From Callorhinchus milii (lineage: Eukaryota), in contig NW_024704742.1 in the NCBI RefSeq assembly GCF_018977255.1, forward strand, positions 1,054,001-1,118,000: DNA of 64,000 nt, written 5' to 3'. The position numbers were made by a program, and so were the translations under genes. Positions within the stretch are counted from its first letter, which is position 1. Each line of letters begins with the position of its first letter. The notes beneath the pieces are model-generated. The model was not told the origin of the DNA. It saw only the letters and a program-made list of their open reading frames with translations, and made no database searches. Shown in pieces: positions 53,904 through 64,000 of the stretch.

Positions 53904-54356
53904 TCAATTATTGTCACTGTCTCTTAACTGGTAGCTATCTTCCAGTCTTTAATCTACACTACGTGATAAGTGCTATACAAGTTGTTTTTGTTTTGCAAGA
54001 GGGCAGCAATGCTTATATTATCCTATCATTGTTTGAGACTTTCTGTGCATCATGTCTGATGCTAGTTTTGCAGATGAACCAATGCATGGATGACTTGACG
54101 GCTGGTTATTTACTGTTGTGTGCGCTCGTAGGATGACAGCCACTGTCTTATGCTTGTCATGTATGTAGGCTCAGTGTGCCTTCAAAGGTCTCATGATACG
54201 ACTTTCAGAAGACGTCAGACCAGAATTTACTTTTGCAATTGCTAAGTAGGAGCAACAGTGTCCATCATTACTAACTTCAGGCAGAGGATAACTTATTAAC
54301 TTTCACTAATGACTGGTTATAAGGTAAACACAAAAATGCACTGTGTACAGTATTGT

Positions 54357-54737
54357 AATAATAATACTAATAATAAGGCTAATCCTTGCATTTGATATAG
54401 CGTCTCATCACCTCATTGAGATGTCTCAAAGCGCTTCACAGAATATACTGTGAAGTGGATTGACCGTGTAATTTATGGGTGAAGCACAGCAGCCAATTGC
54501 GCACAGCAATCTTCTACAAACAGTCGTGGATTGAGTGACCAGATTTTTTTTCTGAGGGATTATTACCGCCGGAAAAATGATCCGTCAATCGACTAACAAC
54601 CGGGTTTCTACTCACTGCTAAGTAAACAGAGGAGAGTGGAGTGAGGAAACCTGCCTAAGGTTTTGCCCGGCCCAGGGATTGAACCCGGGTCTTCTTGCTT
54701 GCGAGGCGAGCGTGTTAACCACTACGCTTGGGACTCC
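54357..54737 (-). mobile_element. Full-length tRNA-derived SINE, long subfamily
   Basis: Head-to-tail match to the family. Confidence 0.88.
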
Positions 54738-54972
54738 TTGGAAATGGTTTCAAAGGGAAGTATTGAAAACACAGGAGACAGTTAGAAACCATCTTGGATA
54801 ATTATGACCATTCAGTTTTGAGGGAGGTTTAGCTCACAAATTTAGTCAGGACTCTGCAATGATTTTAATTGCAACACAAGTTCACATTGACATTTTCTAT
54901 ATTATCAGGAGATCAGAGCAGTTACGAACAAAGTAAACCTGTCAAAAGGTACGACAAGAGAATGTCACTCAC

Positions 54973-55039
54973 CAAGAGCAAAGAAAATCCACCAGAGCCA
55001 AACATTTTCTTCAAAATAGCTGATAAAATAGTCAGAGAA
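54973..55039 (-). CDS. NDFIP-like exon, luminal loop plus TM3
   Basis: ttcttttatttacag| ... |GTGAGT; 67 bp, phase 0 to 1. FSDYFISYFEENVWLWWIFFAL(G) vs NDFIP2 FSDYFTGYFNGQYWLWWIFLVL(G). Confidence 0.92.
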
Positions 55040-55107
55040 CTGTAAATAAAAGAATGCTTATATAAACTGCAATCCAATTGCAATATAAATTGAAATCCAT
55101 CCCAAAT

Positions 55108-55300
55108 ACAACAACAACAAAACTACACATGTAAAGCTCCTTTCATGTCGGGAGGACATCCCAAGGCGCTGGACAGTCAGAGTTTCGGACCCGAGCTGGG
55201 GGTTGGGATCGGGGAGGGTGGGTGGAGGGCAGGGGGGGTGAAGCAGGGTGATCGAACGTACGATCAAAGAGGAGGGTCTTGAGATGGATCTTGAAGGAGG
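55108..55300 (-). mobile_element. L2 3' fragment in the NDFIP-like intron
   Basis: acaacaacaac...tttcatgtcgggaggacatcccaaggcgctggacagtcag. Confidence 0.75.
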
Positions 55301-55883
55301 TGAGGATTATTATATTATGATGATGATTATTATTATCTGGAATTTTTTTCTACATGGGGTTTGAACCCACAATTTTCGGACTCGGAAGCCACAATGCTAC
55401 AAACCGAGCCGGGCTTGACACCCAAGTCTCACATGTCTCCAAGCGCTTAACAAGTATGATAGACAGGACCAACCAGGGAAAAGTGAATGTTTGGTTGGCT
55501 GGGAGCACAGGAGAAACTCCCTTCATTTTTCAAATAATACCATGGGATCTTTAATGTCCACTTGAAGGGCCCTCCAAAGCACAGGATCTCTGACAAGGCA
55601 GTGCTCTTTCAGCGAAAAATGTCAGCCTAGTCTATGAGCTCACAGTCCTTCTTGAAACTACAACCTTTTGATTCACAGGCGAGAGTGCTATTAACTGAGG
55701 CCCGGCTGACACCTATGTTTCACGTGTTCTCACACTTAACAAATACGATAAAAACAAGCAGAGAAAAGTGAACGTCTGGTTGTGATGCAACAAATCCAGT
55801 TTGAGAATGAATTGCATTAGGCAGGATGGCAATGTGGGAACCGCAGCACGTATCAAGGCAGTAACGAAGACATGTCCACTTAC

Positions 55884-56008
55884 CCTCACGATAAGGATCC
55901 ACTTAAGAAGTGAAAGGCCAAACCCAGAGATGGCACCATATCTGCCCGCAATGGTATTGGTTGAGCAGAAGGACAAAAAAAATCCAATCCAGTTGAAGAC
56001 GAAAGCAA
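55884..56008 (-). CDS. NDFIP-like exon, TM1-TM2
   Basis: ttcctttggtttttag| ... |GTAAGT; 125 bp, phase 1 to 0. AFVFNWIGFFLSFCSTNTIAGRYGAISGFGLSLLKWILIVR is near-identical to the NDFIP1/NDFIP2 core. Confidence 0.95.
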
Positions 56009-58324
56009 CTAAAAACCAAAGGAAGTGAAATGAATCATTAGTTTCGGGAAGGGTTTAAGCGGCTTTGAGAGGTAAAAAAAACAAGATTACATTTGTATCG
56101 TGCGTTTCACGAAACGTGGAATAGTGCACTGCAATGTGCGATGAGATCAGAAGATAATCACATTCAATAACAAGGACGTCTCCTCCGAGATCTACAAGGT
56201 GTCCACCAAGTCCTGTTATCTTTTTTATCCCCCTACACCGCACTGACCGACAACTGAAACACACGTGGAAGAATAATGATACTTGTACTTAGAAGTTCTT
56301 AATTCGGCACAAGTGTTTAACTGTACTTAGACGTCCAGAGGATCAGTGTGAGTGCCATCATTTTTATGGCAGATAATAATTTGTCACCGTGTTCATTGTG
56401 ACACTTCCATAACATGGATAGAGTGACGAGGGAAATGCATCGCTGACAACTTGTTTCAGCTCCTCCCTGGTCTCAAAGCACTGTTTTATAACGGGGGGGT
56501 AAGTAGGACTTTGTGGGCACCCTGTATTGTAGGACGGTTGCACAATTGTTTGACGTTCATTCCGTTCATTCCAGGTGCTTGGGAAGAGGAGGTACAGGCC
56601 ACACAACTGGCTCAACATTCAGCCAACCCACAGCATCATGGTGAACTGCATCTCTGGAGGAGTGTTTACATCGAGGTTGTTCACGGCATCTTATTTACCT
56701 TTACAGCCCCGTTGTATACTCCATGTGCCTTCTGCTTGTGCTAGCTTCCCCAACAGAGCTACCTACACTAATCCCACCATTGTCCCACAGTCAATTCACT
56801 TGACAGTCTATTCTGTGAAGCGCTTTGAAACGTCTCGAAGACGTGATAAGGCGCTGTATCCGATGCAAGGATTACTATTATTGATAGCTGAGCCTTCAGC
56901 AACTATTCCCCACCCATTAAAATACCCTCCGCCTGCGCCTACATCTCACCTCCTTCTCTATCTGTCTTTAAATCTCTTTCACTCTGTCTATGGTCACCTG
57001 CTCCCTCCTTCCCTGCTCCGAAACTGACATTGTCCTTGTGAAACGTGCCGAGAGATGATCCCACGTGAAGGCTGGTATATAATGTAAGTTGCTATTGTAC
57101 TGCTCCTTTGGATATCGTTCACGCTTCATCGACTGCACCCAATGGAGAGTGAGCCTGGTCAAACTCCTCTGATTTACAATCCGCTGGCATTGTTAAGTAA
57201 ATAGACACTGGATATGGCTGCCGTAATAAAATACTGCGACAGGTATTTGCTTTTAATAGTTAACAGAAAGAGGAGACGGTCATCTCAACTCTCTGGGCCC
57301 AATGCAGACTGATCTTATCTAAGCAAAGTTAGTGTTTTAATCCCCAAACCTATCCAATCTTCTTGCAAACAAAAGACTTTCCCTCTAGCCTCCAGCAATC
57401 GTGTTCTGTGCTCTCTTTCTCAGTCCTCCCTTTCCCCTGGTCTCTCAGCGTAGATTTACGCTGCTCTCAAATATCTGGCAGCCTTCTGTCTTAGAAGCAG
57501 ACACATAATAGATTCAGTTCAAGAATGGCTGTGAAAAATAATCTTAAATTATTCAAATATTGGGGTGAGAAAAGCTTGCATCTTTTTAAAAATGCCATGG
57601 CAACCTTGTCCTAAAGCAGGCGAGAGGGAAAAAAACATTCTCTAGAAGTCAGATTGATATTCAGCTCCAACCAGTCTGGAACCACTGTACACAAAGGTTC
57701 AGAAAATCCGTCCTTATGATAATGATAACGCTATTCACTGCAACTCTCCTTCCAATCATAGGCAAAACACGCAACAATTTCTAACCAGATTCCTTAATAA
57801 TGACTCTGAGCTGCAAATAAGGACTAAGGTGAATTATGTCACACAGACTCTGAAGGAGATCAGGTCAGAGTGGAGTTCCCGCAGCAGGTTGGTGTGACAT
57901 ATTTATGTTCCCTTCGGTGACTCGGATTCCTTATGAAAGAAACCCATTGGAGATTGGTATGTTTGAGGTTTCATTGTCTTAACATGTCAATGAATAAAAT
58001 TGAAGGTAACCACAGCATCGAAGCCCATTGCACAGTGTGAGGCAATAATGATAATAATAATAATAATGTTTGCGCCTGTTGTAGAGTTTATCACGTCAGC
58101 TCACCACTTTACAGTCTATCCTGAGATGCGTCTCAAGTGCATCACAGGATAGACTGTAAAGTGGTATGGTTGTGGAATGCACTTGACAGCAAGTGACGCC
58201 AAGGACATTATAACTGGATGTTTTGTTTTCCGAGGGAAAGCCGGCTCCCTTCTGAAATGACATGGATCAAAATCGGATTGTTTCATGGGTTCCTGTGAGA
58301 CAAACGACAGCAGGGTGAACTCAC

Positions 58325-58412
58325 TGAAAAAGGTCAGTAGAAACATGCAATCGTCTCCTAGGCTGAGCTGATCCTCTTCATCGGACCCATCTTCTACTAG
58401 GAAATCATCGTC
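58325..58412 (-). CDS. NDFIP-like (NEDD4 family-interacting protein) exon, acidic linker plus start of TM1
   Basis: caacag| ... |GTGAGT; 88 bp, phase 0 to 1. DDDFLVEDGSDEEDQLSLGDDCMFLLTFF(I) matches NDFIP1 DEDFVGRDDFDDADQLRIGNDGIFMLTFF(M). Confidence 0.88.
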
Positions 58413-59639
58413 CTGTTGTATTGAACAAAAATGACAAGCACATTAAATAGGACACATTAACTGACGAGGTCTTAAATAGCATGTGTGTCACAGTCTGCCT
58501 AGCTGCCCATTACTGCACAGCCATACTGTATATGTTAGTACCCCCGGCTTGCCTCTCCCTCCCTCCCTCCCTCCCTCCCTCCCACACCCGTTTAAATAGC
58601 AGTCAATTTAGAATTCGCTATGTATTAGAATTCACTGTGCTATGTGCCCAGGCAGACGGCATAGTAGAAATGAGATCTGGCTGAAGGTGCACTCACGTAT
58701 TCGCAGAAGATAATTGGCTTGCCATTAAACTCCATCACCTAAAAGTCACCTTGTCAAGTTTCACATCGTTTTTGTTCGGTGGAGGCAGACAGCCATGTTG
58801 GGTCAAACTAAGCTACAGTACAACAGAGGGTGGCAAGCAGAGAAACCAATAACAATCATGCCACCCCCTCCACGTAACTCGCTGGGTTAAGACTTGCTGC
58901 CTCCAGTTTTGAACACAGGAAAACATGCCTGACATCAATCTATGTTGTGCGATGCATCCATGTCCTGCTTGGAATGCAGCGTTGCCGCAAGCAACCTATT
59001 TCTGATTCTCGGTGATGGATGAGCACATCTACTCTTAACATTCTGGATTCGGTCCATATCTTTAACGTTGATATTTTTCTAACACATAGCACTGCTACTT
59101 GAGGCTGAAGTAACACAGGGACAACATTTGCTGAGCGTATCAACTTCCCTGTTCCGTGCCGCCTGGGTTTCACAGCAAAGGATTAAACTGGGAGTGAAAA
59201 TAAACTGGGAGTGTAAATAAATCCAACACAAAGTTTGATTCAATTATACTGTATTCAATTATACTGAAATTATAGCCTATTTAATACTAGTGTTGGAGCT
59301 GCCACCTCTGTGCTAATACAAAGCCTCTTAGGATTGCATCAGATTTTCGCTGGAGGAACACATTAATCACACGAAGTGAACGGTGGGATGAAACAAAATG
59401 ATTTAGGAGGAACCAATCCTGGTTTCTATTTGCAGTAAGGTAGGCATTCGGGGGAAGTAACAAAGATGTTTTCACTGGCTGAGTTCCAGTGGCTAATAAT
59501 GAGATCCCACTTTAGGACCGTGTATTTAGAGAGACAGGATTTGTAAAGTGGCTATTAAATTGCAGCTGAAGTGTACACTGTGTATATGGAATGTAAAACC
59601 TGCAGAATTAAATAAAAACGGCACAGTCACAAACAGTTG

Positions 59640-59976
59640 CCTCATCAGGAGGAGCATTCCTAATGCTCCCACCCATTGGAGTGGATGTTGCTGACTTGCC
59701 ATCTTTTGGATAAGGTGTTAAGCCAAAGTCGCGTCTGCCTGTTCAGGTGGATGTTAAAGATCCCATGGCACTATTCGAAAAGAGAGAGTTTTTTCCCGGT
59801 GTCCCGGTCAACCAATTGGTTATTCACTTCATGGCTGTTTGTGGGACATTGCTGAGTGCAAATTGGCTGCTGGGTTCACCCAAAAGTCTACACTACGCTT
59901 TACAGTATATTCTGCAAAGTGTTTGAGATGGGTTGATAATGTGGTAAGGTGCTTATATCAAGTGAAAGGATTATTA
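59640..59976 (+). mobile_element. Older Deu-domain SINE (DeuSINE/SacSINE-like)
   Basis: ggtggatgttaaagatcccatggcactattcg...cccggtgtcc...gctgtttgtgggacattgctg...aaattggctgc is the Deu core. Other copies lie near 3880-4060, 5650-5960, 12880-13245, 26120-26290, 30110-30400, 39560-39870 and 55480-55710. Confidence 0.75.
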
Positions 59977-60009
59977 CACATTATAAACTAGGGTTCTTCA
60001 ATCTTGAAA

Positions 60010-60245
60010 GTAGACATCTCAAACCTATGATATATATTTAAATGGGTTGAAAAGTAAACCCAGAACAATACTTTAGGACGCACTGAGACAGTGGAATAAG
60101 AAGGCACAGGTTTCGAGTTGGAAAGGGCAGATAAAAATAAGTATTTATTTATCCAGAAGGTAATTAATGAATGGAACAGGGTTGCCAGGAAGGGTGGTGG
60201 AGACCTGGACACTGGAGTCATTTATAAAATAGCTTGATGCAGTGG
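60010..60245 (+). mobile_element. CR1 LINE fragment
   Basis: Homologous to the 16855 and 62905 copies (aaatgggttgaaaagtaaacccaga...). Confidence 0.65.
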
Positions 60246-60681
60246 TGAGAACAACTTGTATTTATATAGTGTCCTTCACATAGGAGAATGTCTTGGAGTG
60301 TTTCACAGGGATGAGATTGGACAGAGAGCAAGAGAGGAAGTGGGAGGTGACCTTAGGCTCCGACTAAGAAGTAAGTTTTGAGGTGGGATTTGAAGATAGA
60401 GAAAGAGGGAGCGAAGCAGAGGGATAAAGACAGGGAGTTCGCCCCGGCTCAGGAATGAGATTGCCGAGACGTAGAGGATTGAATCGGTTTTGACGCATCA
60501 GTTGCCAAGCACATGACAAGAGTACAGAAAAAGTGTGTCTGACCAGAGAGCGCGTCTGAACGGAGAGAAGGAAAGAGATGCGAGCAACGACTTTTTACAA
60601 TAGAATCAAAAATCGAACAACTTAGGAAACGGGAAAAATTTAATGAGCAGGTTGTGGCTCAACCTGGTTTATTTGCTCCTG

Positions 60682-60701
60682 TGCGGCACCAGATGGCGCT
60701 G
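60682..60701 (+). promoter_or_regulatory. Candidate CTCF site between the HERC 3' end and the NDFIP-like exons
   Basis: tgcggCACCAGATGGCGCTg closely fits the CTCF core CCASYAGRKGGCRS. Confidence 0.55.
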
Positions 60702-60949
60702 AGTGACTAGTGTTCAGTTGCTTCATTGCACAGAGTGTCCACAAAGACCTGTTACCACCTAACCCCCCACCACCCCATCCCGTTACAAAACAACGATACG
60801 AGACCTATCTTCTGGACGTCTGAACATCTAAATACAGCTAAACGCTTGAATACAATTAAGTACTTCTGAATACAATTATCAGCAGTCTTGAGTATGACTT
60901 CAGGTACTGTTCTTGGTTCCAATGTCCCCTTCTAATGTCTTCGACCGTG

Positions 60950-61285
60950 TCGTTAACCCCACAAGTCAAAGCCCTGAGGGGTAGAGTGATCCTAGCTGGA
61001 CAAACAGTGATATCAATGGCAAGCTGTGTGGTTTTAGCTGGTCAGACTCCAGCAGTTACCCCAACGCACACTCTGGAGTCCCCAAGCCTTGAGTCTTGCC
61101 TAATGCTTTCAGGAATTAGGTCAGCAGGATGCGTCCCTCCGGGGAGAGAGAGAGGGGGCTCATTGCATTCCGACAATCTATCTCTGCAATTTCCATGTGT
61201 AGGTGGGAGGCCTGGAAGTCTCAGCTTGGCTTGGATACCCTTAAGCACGGTGATGGGTTTCCGCATGTGTCAGACACCCGGCTGT
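60950..61285. repeat. Unclassified interspersed repeat, copy 2
   Basis: Colinear similarity to 3080-3440. Confidence 0.7.
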
Positions 61286-61354
61286 CGATTTTTTTTTTTT
61301 ACAGGATCTACCATGTAATCCTCAATATTTCATTGCGTAATCTCCAATATGCGG

Positions 61355-61505
61355 TTTATTTCTATTGGAAGATATTACAATCTAACACAGGTTTACCAAT
61401 TAACTGCAAATAAGTTTATTTACAGACAGAAAAGTAATATAATAATCAGGCACACAGGGCCACATTCTCAACACCTCCTGTGCAAACGTCCTTTTTAGAT
61501 TTATT
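61355..61505 (-). other. Candidate polyadenylation signals of the HERC gene
   Basis: Three AATAAA hexamers on the minus strand (61355-60, 61415-20, 61500-05), 0.65-0.8 kb after the stop codon. Confidence 0.35.
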
Positions 61506-62162
61506 ACTAACTAATCCGGTATTTATGGAGTCAGCGGTGAGCAATCCAGTACCATAACCTTGCACAATTTCCAAAAGTAAAACAAAAAAAGGTGGCTCAT
61601 GTGTAGCCATTGAGCACATTGCACTTATCCCACTCGGCTTTATGCTTCAAAGCAGAGGGTTCAGAAAAATACAGCAATTGTCAGGAATCATTACGGCATT
61701 ACTATAGAGACTAGAAGAATACAAATTACTACCACAGTCATCAGCCCACACAAGTAAGATAGAAGAAAAACAGCAGTTTTTGTCCATTGACCAGGTGCCT
61801 CCCGACATGAAAGGCGTTATACAAATGTAATTTTGTTGGTGATGGTGGTGTTGTTGTTGTTGCAGAATTAACAAGAGGTGAGTAGGAAGAGTCCTGTGCA
61901 TAAGTCATATGTCTTTATATCAATTCCCATTTATGCTTTGCAGTAGTGTGGGCAATTGATCACAAAATTCACTCTGCCTTAGCCAAGTGTGTTAGCATTG
62001 AAAATTGATAACTAACTGAGAATCATTCCTTTGTAAATGTATATACAACAGTTTGTGTGCTAAAAAGAAATGAGGCTTGTGCCGGCTCCTCTACATAATA
62101 TTTCGATTGCAAATTCTTCGAATGGTTTAAATGTTTGAAGAAACAATCTCCGGTTACAGGTA

Positions 62163-62377
62163 TTACTGAATACCAAATACTTCGTATGACTCAATTGCAC
62201 GAAGGAACCTTTTTCTTAGTTTCCGAATATTGCTGTATCTGGGCAGATCCAAGGTCTTGTTGCAGGTGTGGCCAATAGGATAGTATAAATCCGGGTTAAA
62301 TATTCTTAACTCGTTAATGACGATTTTGAGGGTTCCCATTCCTCCTACTGGAATCCTATCGCATCCCGTCAGGAAGG
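62163..62377 (-). CDS. Terminal coding exon of a small HERC-family HECT E3 ligase (catalytic C-lobe)
   Basis: Pyrimidine-rich acceptor tctctttctcatccttag|. Translates (A)FLTGCDRIPVGGMGTLKIVINELRIFNPDLYYPIGHTCNKTLDLPRYSNIRKLRKRFLRAIESYEVFGIQ*, which has FLTG.DRIP, the catalytic HTC..LDLP.Y and Phe at -4. The exact paralog cannot be resolved. Confidence 0.92.
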
Positions 62378-62904
62378 CTAAGGATGAGAAAGAGACATAG
62401 ACATTAATAATCCAAGATATGAATGTATCCAAGGTAAAGTATTGTTCGGTTATGCATCTATTCACTATTCTTTTTTCTTGGCGTAATTCCCCCCCGTTTT
62501 CCTTCCCCCCCACTGACTGTGTTGATAGTTACCAGGCTGTAGTTCCATTGACACAAACAGCCTTTGCTGACAGTGGGAGAGAGGGGCTATCAAATTCCAT
62601 TTTGCTTCTTAAATAATTATTTCTGTACAACTAGATTCCACAGTACAAAGACGTCGCGCAAAGACTGCATTGCTTATTGATTGACGTATAAGGTCCCAGC
62701 GAATGTTGCCAAGCTATTTGACCGTAAAGTGGGACTGTATAATTCTGTCCCCGCCCAACAGTCACACTCAGAAACTTACATTTCTATGGCTTGCATTTCC
62801 TTCATATGAAAGGAACATCTCGCAGTACTTTCCAAAATGTGATTGATTTGAAATAGAGCGAGTGCTGTAATTGAGGCAAACGCTACAGTTCAGCGATCAG
62901 TCTC

Positions 62905-63230
62905 GAGAGAAGATGACTCAAAGGGGGAACCTCATAAAAGTGCATCAAATTTCAAATGGGATTAAAAGAGTAAACCCATATCAATACTTTAGGATGTATC
63001 AAGACAGGAGAATAAGTGAACATGGGTTTAGAGATGTAAAAGGGAATTTCAGGACGGACACAGGATGTTTTTCTTTATGAATAAGGGTAAGCAACAACTG
63101 GAACTCATTTCTTGGAAAGGTGGTAGAGACCAGACCACTGGACTCATTTCAAAAGCAGCTTGACACAGTGATGGGGATTGTGAGGATAAGGCTTCTGAGG
63201 GATGAGATCAGTTGGGCCAAACAGCCTTCG
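62905..63230 (+). mobile_element. CR1 LINE 3' fragment in the last HERC intron
   Basis: RGNLIKVHQISNGIKRVNP.QYF...KGNFRTD. Confidence 0.75.
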
Positions 63231-63667
63231 AAGAACAAAATGTGTAGCTGATTCATTTGATTGCGGTGAGTTTAGATTGGGACTGAATGTAAAACTGAAC
63301 AACCGGGTGAAGGACTCCACATTTCTTTCAAATAGCAGCAGGACATCCCTTAAGGTGCACCTGATTTACAAGGCAGACAGCACCAAAATTACTGATGCAA
63401 ACAAAATAAAATCCTGATAAACTTGTGTTCATGGCTATATTTATCTGTGTGGTGATTCTACATAGGTGAACGTTAAGTAAAAAATTCCACAAAAATATAC
63501 TTTACGGAGCATCAGAAATTTCACTCAAATATTTATTTTTTTTGTTGACAACACAGCTGTATTCCTGCCACTTTCAAATGAAATATGCATCTGAGAATAA
63601 ACAGCTCTCCATGAAAGCACTACATACATATCAGCTCTACATAGTTCAAAAATGTAAGACAACTTAC

Positions 63668-63767
63668 CAAGAAAATTCTTCTTCTTTTTCTTTGGCAGCT
63701 GATGAAACATGGTCCAAAAATCCACGATGTATTGGTCACTTTTTGTGTACCCTGTGTAACTTGCTTG
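63668..63767 (-). CDS. Penultimate coding exon of a small HERC-family (HERC3/4/5/6-like) HECT E3 ubiquitin ligase
   Basis: Acceptor ...tgctaacag| and donor |GTAAGT; 100 bp, phase 0 to 1. Translates QASYTGYTKSDQYIVDFWTMFHQLPKKKKKNFL, matching the HECT C-lobe pattern Y.gY....p.I..FW.vF..l..ekKk.FL. Splices in frame to the 62377 exon. Confidence 0.9.
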
Positions 63768-63994
63768 CTGTTAGCAAACAATAATTTATAATTGACATGA
63801 AATACAAATGTCTTATGTTGAAATATCTCAGTTTTAAAATTAAAACAAATGTTGTCAAAACAAATCTAAACCAGATTTGAGGACTAACTACGGTATGTGT
63901 GTTTTGGGATCCTCGTTAAGCCACACTTGAAGTGTGCTGTGTTTTGTCCTTACAGCTTCTTACTCTCAGAGTTTAGTCTCTGGATCCAACTCAC

Positions 63995-64000
63995 TTTCAC
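63995..64000 (-). CDS. Possible 3' end of the preceding HERC exon (truncated by the window edge)
   Basis: GTGAAA|GTGAGT consensus donor. Would be phase-0 compatible with the 63767 acceptor (227-bp intron). Only 6 bp are visible. Confidence 0.35.

Noticed and set aside
54920-54940. Acceptor followed by GLLCS* just after the 54973 donor
   Set aside because: It would need an intron of about 33 bp and hits a stop immediately.
61199-61210. PPTY codons on the minus strand upstream of the NDFIP exons
   Set aside because: They lie inside an interspersed repeat shared with 3080-3440, and I saw no NDFIP-like context or suitable splice sites.
1-64000. CRISPR arrays, operons or prokaryotic defence systems
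   Set aside because: The sequence is intron-rich vertebrate DNA. The recurring motifs are dispersed SINE/LINE copies, not regularly spaced repeat-spacer arrays.

Overview
This is eukaryotic, vertebrate genomic DNA. It is most likely a cartilaginous fish (chimaera-like), inferred from the tRNA-Ala/Deu-domain SINEs and the L2 and CR1 content. Nearly all ORFs in the supplied track are spurious or come from repeats. Two spliced minus-strand genes can be supported from the sequence. (1) The last two coding exons of a small HERC-family HECT E3 ubiquitin ligase (63668-63767, 62163-62377), with the catalytic Cys and the -4 Phe intact. (2) Directly downstream on the same strand, a divergent NDFIP (NEDD4-family interacting protein) paralog with three clean transmembrane-region exons (58325-58412, 55884-56008, 54973-55039). 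It has a probable frameshifted terminal exon about 25 kb further on (29722-29808), and I found no PY-motif exons for it. The rest is intronic or intergenic: dense SINE, L2, CR1 and L1 relics, microsatellites, CTCF-like motifs, repeat-free enhancer-like blocks and a few unidentified exon-like segments. All family assignments come from my recall of the protein and repeat families, not from database searches. Repeat boundaries are approximate.
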